A stretch of DNA of 32,000 nucleotides. It comes from Geotalea uraniireducens Rf4 (GTDB taxonomy: Bacteria; Desulfobacterota; Desulfuromonadia; Geobacterales; Geobacteraceae). The notes beneath the pieces are model-generated. The model worked only from the letters and a program-made list of their open reading frames with translations. It ran no database searches and was not told where the DNA came from. This document shows positions 15,996 through 24,200 of the stretch, piece by piece. The stretch is taken from positions 750,001 through 782,000 of the forward strand of contig NC_009483.1 in the NCBI RefSeq assembly GCF_000016745.1, written 5' to 3'. Positions within the stretch are counted from its first letter, which is position 1. Every line of letters begins with the position of its first letter. The position numbers and the translations under genes are program-made.

Positions 15996-16628
15996 TCATC
16001 GATTAAGCAGCCCGCTCTGGGCAATGCCGTCAAACACGAACTGGACCGCCAGGGCAGACAACAGGATGCCGAAGATCCGGGAAATCACGTGCATGCCGGT
16101 GACGCCGAGAAAGCGATGTATCTGGCTGGCGGTAAGCAGGGAAACGAAGGTCACTAACATTACCGCCAGGAGCGAACCCAGAACGGCCAGTTGCTGCACC
16201 AAGCGACCTTCGGCGTTCGCCATCAGCAGGATGGCCGCCCCAATGGCGCCGGGGCCTGCGATCAAGGGTGTGGCCAGCGGGAACACGGCGATGTCGTGCC
16301 GGTGTCTGGCCTCCCTGGCCTCTTCGTCCGTCGTCGAGGTGGCGCCGGAAGAACGTGCGAATACCATCTCGATGCTGATCAGCAGGAGCAGTACCCCGCC
16401 TGCCGTCCGCAGCGCCGCCAGCGATATCCCGAGAGTTGCCAGGATAAACTTCCCCAGCAAGGCGAACACCATGAGGATGATGGTGGCGGTCACCGTGCCG
16501 CGAATGGCGATTGAGCGCCTTTCTTCCGGGGACGCTCCCGCCGTGAGTGCGGCAAATATTGCAGAAACGTCAATCGGCCCCACCGTCGCAAAAAAGGTTG
16601 CCAGTGCAACACCTGCAATCTCGATCAT
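15996..16628 (-). CDS. MarC family (UPF0056) integral membrane protein
   Basis: 210 aa with six hydrophobic segments. FFATVGPIDVSAIFAAL at the N-terminus and FPLATPLIAGPGAIGAAILL are hallmark MarC motifs. Confidence 0.85.
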   Translation of the reverse strand: MIEIAGVALATFFATVGPIDVSAIFAALTAGASPEERRSIAIRGTVTATIILMVFALLGKFILATLGISLAALRTAGGVLLLLISIEMVFARSSGATSTTDEEAREARHRHDIAVFPLATPLIAGPGAIGAAILLMANAEGRLVQQLAVLGSLLAVMLVTFVSLLTASQIHRFLGVTGMHVISRIFGILLSALAVQFVFDGIAQSGLLNR

Positions 16629-16797
16629 CTGTCTACGCTCGCATACTTTTAATCGGTTAAGAATGGTCGGAGGCGGATTACATTTTCAATGCCTCCACTT
16701 ACAGTTTATGGCAGCGCTGAACGCTTGCAAGATTGTAAAAAATTAAATCGTGTCCCTCTGGGAACTCCGGATGTGTTTGAACTTTGCAATTCGCAAA

Positions 16798-16911
16798 ATC
16801 CGTATAGAACGCGGATGACGTGGATTCAGCGGATTTGCGCGGATAAAACGAAAAGAATTCAGGGTAAAACCGATTTCATTTTATCCTTCGATTTAATCCG
16901 TGTAAATCCGT
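16798..16911 (+). repeat. cluster of short CGYGGAT / ATCCG motifs forming an imperfect hairpin
   Basis: CGCGGAT (16810), CGTGGAT (16819), AGCGGAT (16828) and CGCGGAT (16838) occur at 9-10 nt spacing. Inverted ATCCG copies lie at 16798, 16896 and 16906. AGCGGATTTGCGCGGAT pairs with ATCCGTGTAAATCCGT, and the three mismatches are G-T (wobble) on the plus strand. Confidence 0.5.
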
Positions 16912-16944
16912 TTGATCAGATTTTAACCTAAAAACGACATTTGA

Positions 16945-17069
16945 ACCGCAAAGACGCCAAGAACGCGAAGAAAATCAATACATTGATACAGAAAACCTTC
17001 TACCCAAAAGGTGATCACAGGCTGTTTATTAACTCTTTGATTTCTTAGCGAACTTTGCGGCTTTGCGGT
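16945..17069. repeat. imperfect 33-bp inverted repeat around a ~58-bp spacer
   Basis: ACCGCAAAGACGCCAAGAACGCGAAGAAAATCAA (16945-16978) compared with the reverse complement of TTGATTTCTTAGCGAACTTTGCGGCTTTGCGGT (17037-17069). About 27 of 33 positions match. Confidence 0.5.
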
Positions 17070-17104
17070 AATGAACTGCTTTTTCTAGGTTTAACGGAAC
17101 GGCA

Positions 17105-17143
17105 CAAAAAAACGGCCCGAAATGATTCGGGCCGTTTCTGTTT
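17105..17143 (-). terminator. rho-independent terminator, presumably the original hppA terminator
   Basis: 10-bp stem ACGGCCCGAA / TTCGGGCCGT (17112-17121 / 17126-17135) with loop ATGA. On the minus strand it is followed by U7. On the plus strand it is followed by TTCTGTTT and then the intron 5' end. Confidence 0.75.
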
Positions 17144-19073
17144 GTGCGCCAGGCATGGCGCGTGGCGCGTAAGCGCCATCCAATTGGGTATGGTGCCTGA
17201 TTGGTGACTTGGAGGTGAAAGTCCTCTTCGGACCCTGATGGTGGGAACCGATAGCTGAACAGCAAGGGTGTCCGGGGCGACCCGGAATCTGAAGGAAGCT
17301 GTAGGCAAAGTCCTGGCCCGACGAACAGGAATCGCATATGAGGCAGCCACATCTGGGCGAGAAGGCAAACAGATTCAAAGCCCGATAACCATCCAGAAAG
17401 ATGTGGAAGTAGATGCGGCGGGTATATGGGATGAAGGTCACGCGCATTACCCTGGGAGGTCTGTCAACCTGCCTTGTGCTACCGGCATCGAGAGGTGCCG
17501 GGATGGGTTGGCAGAAGTCAGCAGAGGCCATACGAGTCGGAATAACCGACCGACAAAGGGCCGAACTTGAAGTAAGCGGACAGGAGCCTTGAGTTTCGAT
17601 GACGACAGGAGCAGCAGAAGGCCGGGTTGGGATACCCGGCGCCAGCCCGGAGGGTAGCGGTTGGAAACCGCGAGAGAAAGGGAGAGGTGCGGCAAACGTC
17701 ACGGGAAGGAAAGCAGCTCACTGGCCGGAAGCGGCAACGGGACTGATGGAGAAGATCGTCAGTCGCGGCAACATGATGGCGGCATACTCACGGGTAATGC
17801 GCAACAAGGGAGCGCCCGGCGTCGATAACATGCCGGTAACGGCCCTGAAGGGCTACCTACAGGAGGAATGGCCGCGCATCAGAGAAGAACTGCTGACGGG
17901 AACGTATCACCCGCAACCGGTGCGGAAAGTAGAAATTCCCAAACCGGGAGGCGGCACACGGATGCTGGGAATTCCCACCGTCCTTGACCGACTCATTCAG
18001 CAGGCGGTGCATCAAGTTTTGAGCCCGCTGTTCGACCCTGGTTTCTCCATAAGTTCCCACGGGTTTCGCCCTGGACGGAGCGCCCATCAAGCGATCAAGG
18101 CAGCTCGGAAGTATGTAGAGAGCGGCCTTAGGTGGGTGGTTGACATTGACCTTGAGAAATTTTTCGACCGAGTCCACCACGACACCCTTATGTCGCTGGT
18201 GAAACGCAAGGTTGGAGACCGTCTGGTGCTGTCCCTTATCGACAGCTACCTTAAGGCAGGGATACTTGAAGGAGGAGTGACGTCACCCCGGTTGGAAGGC
18301 ACGCCGCAAGGCGGGCCTCTCTCGCCGCTGCTGTCCAACATCCTCCTCGACGAACTGGACAAGAAACTGGAAAGAAGGGGCCATAAGTTCTGCCGCTATG
18401 CCGACGACGCAAATATCTATGTTGCAACGAGGAGAAGCGGCGAGCGTGTCATGGCCTCAATTACCGGCTACCTGTCCGAGCGGCTCAAGCTCACGGTCAA
18501 CCAGGGCAAAAGCGCGGTTGACCGTCCGTGGAAAAGGTCGTTTCTGAGTTACAGCATGACCCGGCACCGCAAACCGCGGCTTACCGTGGCCAAGAAAGCG
18601 GCTGCCAGGCTCAAGGCCAACCTCAAGACGATCTTTAGGCGGGGAAGGGGTCAGAACATCCAAACCACCGTTGAAGAGACAACCCCGAAACTTAGGGGTT
18701 GGTTAAACTACTTTCGGTACGCGGAAGTAAAAGGCATCTTCGAGGAACTGGACGGATGGCTGAGACGTAAACTGCGTCGCATTCTCTGGAAGCAGTGGAA
18801 GCGCCCCAAGACGCGAGCAAAGAAACTGATGCGGCGGGGATTATCGGAGGCAACTGCATGGCGGTCGGCCACAAACGGCCGCGGCCCCTGGTGGAATGCA
18901 GGGGCCGCGCATATGAACAAAGCTGTTCCGAAATTCTACTTCGACAAACTGGGGCTGGTATCACTCATAGACCAGCTTCACCGACTTCAACGTACTTCAT
19001 GAACCGCCGTGTACGGAACCGTACGCACGGTGGTGTGGGAGGACGGCGGGAGCAATCCCGCCTCCTACCCGAT
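17144..19073 (+). mobile_element. group II intron, class C (IIC)-like, full length with IEP
   Basis: The 5' end is GUGCG at 17144, directly after a terminator hairpin plus T-rich tract, the typical IIC target. Domain I strings GGUGAAAGUCC and UGAAGGAAGC are present. The RT/maturase ORF sits in domain IV. A domain V-like hairpin spans 19003-19034: 9-bp lower helix with a G-U inside a CGC triad, a 2-nt CG bulge, and UACG-GAAC-CGUA. Domain VI spans 19035-19073, with a GCAA tetraloop and a bulged A at 19067. The 3' boundary is good to about 2 nt. Confidence 0.85.
17746..19002 (+). CDS. group II intron reverse transcriptase/maturase (no endonuclease domain)
   Basis: Track ORF starts at 17599. IEPs begin like MEKIVSRGNMMAAYSRVMRNKGAPGVD, so I use ATG 17746 (418 aa). 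RT blocks include RKVEIPKPGGGTRMLGIPTVLDRLIQQA, GFRPGRSAHQA, DLEKFFD, GTPQGGPLSPLLSNI and CRYADDANIY (YADD). A maturase X region (RGWLNYFRY) is present, and there is no HNH/En tail. Confidence 0.9.
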   Translation: MEKIVSRGNMMAAYSRVMRNKGAPGVDNMPVTALKGYLQEEWPRIREELLTGTYHPQPVRKVEIPKPGGGTRMLGIPTVLDRLIQQAVHQVLSPLFDPGFSISSHGFRPGRSAHQAIKAARKYVESGLRWVVDIDLEKFFDRVHHDTLMSLVKRKVGDRLVLSLIDSYLKAGILEGGVTSPRLEGTPQGGPLSPLLSNILLDELDKKLERRGHKFCRYADDANIYVATRRSGERVMASITGYLSERLKLTVNQGKSAVDRPWKRSFLSYSMTRHRKPRLTVAKKAAARLKANLKTIFRRGRGQNIQTTVEETTPKLRGWLNYFRYAEVKGIFEELDGWLRRKLRRILWKQWKRPKTRAKKLMRRGLSEATAWRSATNGRGPWWNAGAAHMNKAVPKFYFDKLGLVSLIDQLHRLQRTS

Positions 19074-19093
19074 TGCACGGTGTTTCCTGGGTG

Positions 19094-21139
19094 TTACATC
19101 TTGTTCAGGAGCGGAACAATCAGGAGTGACACGATGTTGATGATCTTGATCATCGGGTTTACCGCCGGGCCGGCGGTGTCCTTGTACGGGTCGCCGACGG
19201 TGTCGCCGGTTACGGCTGCCTTGTGGGCGTCGCCGCCCTTGCCGCCGTGGTAGCCGTCTTCGATGTATTTCTTGGCGTTATCCCATGCGCCGCCGCCGGT
19301 GGTCATGGAGATGGCGACGAAAATACCGGTGACGATGGAACCGACGATCACCCCGCCCAGCGCCTTGGGGCCGAGGGTGAAGCCGACGACGATCGGTGCG
19401 AGGATCGGGATCAGCCCGGGAATGACCATCTCCTTGAGGGCGGTCTTGGTAACGATGTCGACGCAGGAGGCGTAGTCCGGTTTGCCGGTACCTTCCATGA
19501 TCCCCTTGATCTCGCGGAACTGACGGCGAACCTCTTCGACAACCGCTCCGCCTGCCTTGCCGACCGCTTCCATGCAGAGGGCGGCAAAGTAGTAGGGGAG
19601 GAGGCCGCCGATGAAGAGACCGACGATGATATAAGGATCGGAGAGTGAGAAGGTCTTGTCGGCGATGGTCAGCTCCTGCACGTAGGAGGTGAAGAGAATG
19701 ACTGCAGCCAGACCGGCGGAACCGATGGCATAGCCTTTGGTTACTGCCTTGGTGGTGTTGCCGACTGCGTCAAGCGGGTCGGTAACGGCACGGACCGAAT
19801 CGTCGAGCTCGGCCATTTCGGCAATGCCGCCGGCGTTGTCGGTGATCGGGCCGTAGGCGTCCATGGCAACGACGATACCGGTCAGTGACAGCATGGAAAC
19901 CGCCGCGATGGCGATGCCGTAAACTCCGGCACAGTTGAATGCCACGAGTATGCCTGCTGAGATGACGATAACGGGCAGTGCCGTGGATTTCATGGAGACG
20001 CCGAGGCCGGCGATGATGTTGGTGGCGTGACCGGTGGTGGAGGCCTGGGCGATGTGCTGCACCGGGCCGTATTCGGTAGCGGTGTAGTATTCGGTGATCC
20101 AGAAGATGGCGCCGGTAACGATCAGGCCGACGATGGCGGAGATGAAGATGTTCATGGCGCTGAAGTTCTGGCCGGCCGCATCGGTGAGCCCTGCCGGGAA
20201 CATCTGCACGGTGACGAAGTAGAAGGTGATGCAGGCGATGACGCCGGAAACGATCAATCCTTTGTAGAGGGCGCCCATGATTTTTCCGCTTCCGCCGAGC
20301 TTGACGAAATAGGTGCCGATGATGGAGGCGATGATGGATATGCCACCCAGGATCAGCGGGTAGTTTACTGCGCCGGAGATATTGTTGAAGGTGATGGCTC
20401 CGAGGAGCATGGAGGCGATCAGGGTGACGGCGTAAGTCTCGAAGAGGTCGGCTGCCATACCTGCGCAGTCCCCCACGTTGTCACCGACGTTGTCGGCGAT
20501 AACTGCCGGGTTGCGCGGATCGTCTTCGGGGATGCCCGCTTCCACCTTGCCGACCAGGTCTGCGCCTACGTCAGCACCCTTGGTGAAGATGCCGCCGCCG
20601 AGACGGGCAAAGATGGAGATGAGCGAACCGCCGAAGCCGAGGCCGACCAGTTGGCTGACCACATCTTTGATTGGAGCTTCGGGCATCAGTTTCTGCAGGA
20701 TCAGGTAGTAACCGGCAACGCCGAGGAGGCCGAGGCCGACGACGAGCATGCCGGTAATTGCGCCGCCGCGGAATGCGACGTTCAGTGCCTTGACAATGCC
20801 GGACTTGGCAGCTTCAGTGGTTCTGATGTTGGCCCGTACCGAGACGAACATGCCGATAAAGCCGGTCAGACCGGAGAAAAGGGCGCCGACTGCGAAACCA
20901 ACGGCGGTTTTCCAGCCAAGGGTAGCAAAGAGGGCTACGAACATGACAACACCGACTGCTGCGATGATGGTGTACTGGCGCTTCATATAGGCGCCGGCCC
21001 CTTCCTGGATGGCCGCGGCGATCTGCTTCATCCGCTCGTTCCCCTGGGGAAGCCCCAGAATCCATTGGGCCGAGATGAGACCGTAGGCCACTGCCGCTAC
21101 GGCGCAGGCAAGGGCGAATAATACTGCATACTGTTCCAT
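19094..21139 (-). CDS. hppA: K+-independent H+-translocating membrane pyrophosphatase
   Basis: 681 aa with about 16 TM segments. PPase motifs include [39 protein letters not shown] and [13 protein letters not shown]. The diagnostic segment reads [16 protein letters not shown]: the Lys/Thr pair marks K+-independent enzymes, where K+-dependent ones have Ala/Gly. A GGAGGA SD is present. Confidence 0.95.
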   Translation of the reverse strand: MEQYAVLFALACAVAAVAYGLISAQWILGLPQGNERMKQIAAAIQEGAGAYMKRQYTIIAAVGVVMFVALFATLGWKTAVGFAVGALFSGLTGFIGMFVSVRANIRTTEAAKSGIVKALNVAFRGGAITGMLVVGLGLLGVAGYYLILQKLMPEAPIKDVVSQLVGLGFGGSLISIFARLGGGIFTKGADVGADLVGKVEAGIPEDDPRNPAVIADNVGDNVGDCAGMAADLFETYAVTLIASMLLGAITFNNISGAVNYPLILGGISIIASIIGTYFVKLGGSGKIMGALYKGLIVSGVIACITFYFVTVQMFPAGLTDAAGQNFSAMNIFISAIVGLIVTGAIFWITEYYTATEYGPVQHIAQASTTGHATNIIAGLGVSMKSTALPVIVISAGILVAFNCAGVYGIAIAAVSMLSLTGIVVAMDAYGPITDNAGGIAEMAELDDSVRAVTDPLDAVGNTTKAVTKGYAIGSAGLAAVILFTSYVQELTIADKTFSLSDPYIIVGLFIGGLLPYYFAALCMEAVGKAGGAVVEEVRRQFREIKGIMEGTGKPDYASCVDIVTKTALKEMVIPGLIPILAPIVVGFTLGPKALGGVIVGSIVTGIFVAISMTTGGGAWDNAKKYIEDGYHGGKGGDAHKAAVTGDTVGDPYKDTAGPAVNPMIKIINIVSLLIVPLLNKM

Positions 21140-21175
21140 TGAAAATCCTCCTATGTAATGTGCCTTAATAAAGGC

Positions 21176-21215
21176 TTTTGTTCAGTTTGAGAAAAATTTA
21201 CTAATTTGAACAAAA
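21176..21215. promoter_or_regulatory. inverted repeat in the hppA / larA-like divergent control region
   Basis: TTTTGTTCAGTTT (21176-21188) and AATTTGAACAAAA (21203-21215) are complementary at 11 of 13 positions, with a 14-bp AT-rich spacer. This is a candidate operator only. Confidence 0.25.
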
Positions 21216-21369
21216 AACGGAAAATTGTTATAGGAAACGTCGCAGTTTGTCAATCTTTTTTGACGATTTTGCAAAAAGTTTTGTCCGTCTCCAGAACCGG
21301 GAGAAGGTTCATCTGTCCGGCGTGCTTAAGGGTTGCGCTTTCACCGCTGAAAATGTATCATTGATCGCC

Positions 21370-22629
21370 ATGGAACTTAGATACGGTGACATATCCTTCC
21401 CCTTGGATCTTCCTCCTGATAAACTCCTCGCTGCAATTCGTGCCGTCATACCTTCCCCATCCTGTTCTCCTGCCGCGATAATCCGAACGGCACTTGCCGG
21501 GTGTGATGCGGTCATTTCCGGGTTCAGGCCGGGAGAGCGGGTGGTGATCGTCACCTCGGACATCACGCGCTACACCGGCAGCGAGATCTATCTGCCGCTT
21601 CTGGTGGAGCGGCTCAACGCCGCCGGGGTCCGGGATCAGGATATGGAAATCGTCGTCGCCCTCGGTATCCACCGTCGGCAGACCGAGCACGAACATAGGA
21701 AAATCCTCGGTTCCCTGTATGGCCGGATCAGGGTCTCCGACCACGACTGCGATGATCCAGGCAAGCTGGTCTACCTGGGAAAAACCTCCGCCGGCATCGA
21801 GGTCGAGATAAACCGCAAGGTGGCTGAGGCGGACCGGGTAATCCTGACCGGCACCATCGGTTTTCATTATTTTGCCGGATTCGGCGGCGGGAGAAAGGCG
21901 ATCCTGCCTGGATCGGCCAGCCGCAAGTCCTGCATGGCCAGCCACTTTGCCGTGTTGAATCCCGAGGCGGGAAGCGGGAAAAACCCCTGTGCCGCAACCG
22001 GCGTTCTCGATGGAAATCCCGTCCATGGGGCCATGATCGAGGGGTGTGCCATGGTTAACCCCGCATTCATCCTCAACACGGTCCTCGCCCCGGACAAGCG
22101 CATCATTGCCGCCTTTGCCGGCGACTGGCGGGAGAAGCACCTGGATGGGTGCCGCTACTACGCAGAACTCTTCTCTTACCCGATCAGGGAAAAGGCCGAT
22201 CTGGTTGTCGTCTCCTGCGGCGGTTTTCCCAAGGACATCAACTTCATCCAGGCGCACAAATCCATGGAGTACGGCAGCCAGGCCCTGAAAGAAGGAGGGG
22301 TGCTGGTGCTCCTGGCCCAGTGCCGCGACGGTTACGGCAACGACACCTTTTTCCGCTGGTTCCGCTTCAAAGAGCTGTCGGCCTTTGAGTCGGCACTGCG
22401 CAACAACTACGAAATCAACGGCCAGACAGCCTATTCGACTCTGCAGAAGGCGCAGCGGTTTCGGGTGGTGCTGGTTTCCGATCTCCCCCCTGAAGAGGTG
22501 GAGACCATGGGGATGATTGCCGCCGCCACCCTGCCTGAAGCCATGGAAAAGGCGGCAGCCATGCTTCCCGAGGATTATAAGGCTTACGTAATCCCCGAAG
22601 GGGGAACGGTTTTGCCGGTGCCCTTGTAG
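21370..22629 (+). CDS. LarA-family nickel-pincer-dependent 2-hydroxyacid racemase (lactate racemase-like, DUF2088)
   Basis: The track ORF starts at TTG 21247. I use ATG 21370 (MELRYGDISFPLDLP), giving 419 aa as in LarA. Conserved elements are VALGIHR, GFHYFAGFGGGRKAILPG (the GGxK Lys that tethers the NPN cofactor in LarA) and GNPVHGAM. Confidence 0.8.
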   Translation: MELRYGDISFPLDLPPDKLLAAIRAVIPSPSCSPAAIIRTALAGCDAVISGFRPGERVVIVTSDITRYTGSEIYLPLLVERLNAAGVRDQDMEIVVALGIHRRQTEHEHRKILGSLYGRIRVSDHDCDDPGKLVYLGKTSAGIEVEINRKVAEADRVILTGTIGFHYFAGFGGGRKAILPGSASRKSCMASHFAVLNPEAGSGKNPCAATGVLDGNPVHGAMIEGCAMVNPAFILNTVLAPDKRIIAAFAGDWREKHLDGCRYYAELFSYPIREKADLVVVSCGGFPKDINFIQAHKSMEYGSQALKEGGVLVLLAQCRDGYGNDTFFRWFRFKELSAFESALRNNYEINGQTAYSTLQKAQRFRVVLVSDLPPEEVETMGMIAAATLPEAMEKAAAMLPEDYKAYVIPEGGTVLPVPL

Positions 22630-22686
22630 GGGCGAACGGCGTTCGCCCGCCTCTGAACCGCCTGGGCGCATGCCATGCGCCCCTAC
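22626..22686. repeat. GTAGGGGCG...CGCCCCTAC REP-like double hairpin
   Basis: GTAGGGGCGAACGGCGTTCGCCC (hairpin), a 15-nt linker, then GGGCGCATGCCATGCGCCCCTAC (hairpin). The outer GTAGGGG/CCCCTAC arms are complementary. The larA-like stop codon TAG is the TAG of the first GTAGGGG. Confidence 0.7.
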
Positions 22687-22719
22687 CAGATACATCATTA
22701 ACACGAAAGAAGAGATATC

Positions 22720-24099
22720 ATGCTCGAACCACGTATCATCGAAAAATTGAAACAGATCATCGGCGCCGACAATACCGCCACGGAACGGCAGGACCTCCTC
22801 TGCTACGGCTACGATGCCACGCAGATGGAGTTTCTCCCCGATGTGGTGGTCCATCCGGCCAATGCAGACGAGGTCTCGCAGGTGCTGAAGCTGGCCAATG
22901 CCGAGAAGATACCCGTTTTCCCCCGCGGCGCGGGGAGCGGTTTCTCTGGTGGGGCACTCCCCAAAGGGGGGGGCATCGTCCTCGTCACTACCCGGATGAA
23001 CCGGATCATTCGCATCGACACCGACAACCTGGTGGCCGAGGTGGAGCCGGGGGTGGTAACCGAACAGTTTCAGGAGGCGGTGGAAAAACTCGGGCTCTTC
23101 TATCCCCCCGATCCGGCCTCTCTCAAGTTTTCCACTCTCGGCGGCAACGTGGCCGAGTGCGCCGGCGGTCCGCGGGCGGTCAAGTACGGCGTGACCAAGG
23201 ACTTCGTCATGGGGCTGGAGCTGGTTCTTCCCACCGGAGAGATCATCCGCACCGGCGGCGAAACGGTGAAGGGGGTGGTCGGTTACGACTTGACCAAGCT
23301 TGTCTGCGGTTCCGAGGGGACCCTGGGGGTGATTACCAGGATCATCTTCAAGCTTCTCCCCTATCCCGATGCAAAAAAGACCATGCTTGCCGTCTTCGAC
23401 TCCATCGACGGGGCAGCTACCGCTGTTTCCACCATCATCAAAGGGAAGATCATCCCGACTACCCTCGAGTTCATGGACCACGCCACCATCCAGTGTGTCG
23501 ACCGGCGCTTCAACCTGGGTCTGCCGGCGGAAGGGAGAGCGCTCCTCATCATCGAGGTGGACGGGGACAGGGACCTGATCGAGAAGCAGGCCGGGCAGAT
23601 CCACGACCTGATCAAGCCGCTGGGGCTTGTCCAGTTCCGGGTGGCCAGGGACGCCGCCGAGTCGGAGCAGCTCTGGAAGGTGCGGCGTCTCGTGTCGCCA
23701 TCGCTCAGGGATGTGAACCCGACCAAGTACAACGAGGACATCGTCGTGCCACGGAGCAAGGTCCCCGATGTCATCCGCCGTATCGAGAAGATCCAGCAGC
23801 GGTACGACATTCCCATTGTCAATTTCGGCCATGCCGGTGACGGCAACATCCATGTCAACGTCATGATCGATAAGGAAATCCCGGGAATGGAGGAGAAGGC
23901 CCACGAGGCGATCAAGGAGATATTTCAGGCCGCCCTCGACCTGGGGGGCACCATGTCGGGAGAGCACGGCGTGGGTCTCTCCAAGGCGCCGTATATTCCA
24001 TTGGAGCTTTCCCCTGTGCAGATCGCGACGATGAAGGCGATAAAGGGGGCCTTGGACCCGAACAATATACTGAATCCTGGGAAGATGTTCCCTGAATAA
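22720..24099 (+). CDS. FAD-linked oxidase, GlcD/D-lactate dehydrogenase-like subunit
   Basis: 459 aa with an FAD-binding PCMH-type domain (VVHPANADEVSQVLKLANAEKIPVFPRGAGSGFSGGALP). The C-terminal catalytic region (GTMSGEHGVGLSK, LDPNNILNPGKMF) is typical of GlcD / D-LDH. Confidence 0.9.
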   Translation: MLEPRIIEKLKQIIGADNTATERQDLLCYGYDATQMEFLPDVVVHPANADEVSQVLKLANAEKIPVFPRGAGSGFSGGALPKGGGIVLVTTRMNRIIRIDTDNLVAEVEPGVVTEQFQEAVEKLGLFYPPDPASLKFSTLGGNVAECAGGPRAVKYGVTKDFVMGLELVLPTGEIIRTGGETVKGVVGYDLTKLVCGSEGTLGVITRIIFKLLPYPDAKKTMLAVFDSIDGAATAVSTIIKGKIIPTTLEFMDHATIQCVDRRFNLGLPAEGRALLIIEVDGDRDLIEKQAGQIHDLIKPLGLVQFRVARDAAESEQLWKVRRLVSPSLRDVNPTKYNEDIVVPRSKVPDVIRRIEKIQQRYDIPIVNFGHAGDGNIHVNVMIDKEIPGMEEKAHEAIKEIFQAALDLGGTMSGEHGVGLSKAPYIPLELSPVQIATMKAIKGALDPNNILNPGKMFPE

Positions 24100-24133
24100 C
24101 CATGTTGAGGTAAAGGTGGAATGAGAAGATTGC

Positions 24134-24189
24134 GTAGGGGCGTCCCCTTGTGGGCGCCCTGGGTTGGGCAGGCCAAGGCCAGCCCCTAC
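24134..24189. repeat. degenerate copy of the GTAGGGGCG...CCCCTAC element
   Basis: GTAGGGGCGTCCCCTTGTGGGCGCCC ... GGGCAGGCCAAGGCCAGCCCCTAC, located between the glcD-like and glcF-like genes. Confidence 0.55.
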
Positions 24190-24200
24190 AAAGGTGTTAA

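Noticed and set aside
16024-16746. 240-aa plus-strand ORF opposite marC, and small ORFs 16689..16931 and 16191..16514
   Set aside because: The minus-strand MarC product has the family motifs and six TM segments. The plus-strand products are Ala/Arg/Ser-rich with no SD. ORF 16689..16931 runs through the short-motif repeat cluster.
17029-17745. ORFs inside the intron 5' region (17029..17352, 17045..17368, 17091..17702, 17268..17570, 17447..17695, 17518..17721) and the N-terminal extension 17599..17745 of the RT ORF
   Set aside because: This stretch is group II intron domains I-III RNA (GUGCG start, GGUGAAAGUCC and UGAAGGAAGC strings). IEPs of this family start at the M..I.S..N...A motif, here ATG 17746.
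17746-19002. Reverse transcriptase as a retron, DRT or other defence-associated RT
   Set aside because: It is flanked by canonical intron RNA features: a 5' GUGCG, domain V/VI hairpins and a bulged branch A right after the stop codon. It also carries a maturase X domain. No msr/msd-like repeats or effector gene are adjacent.
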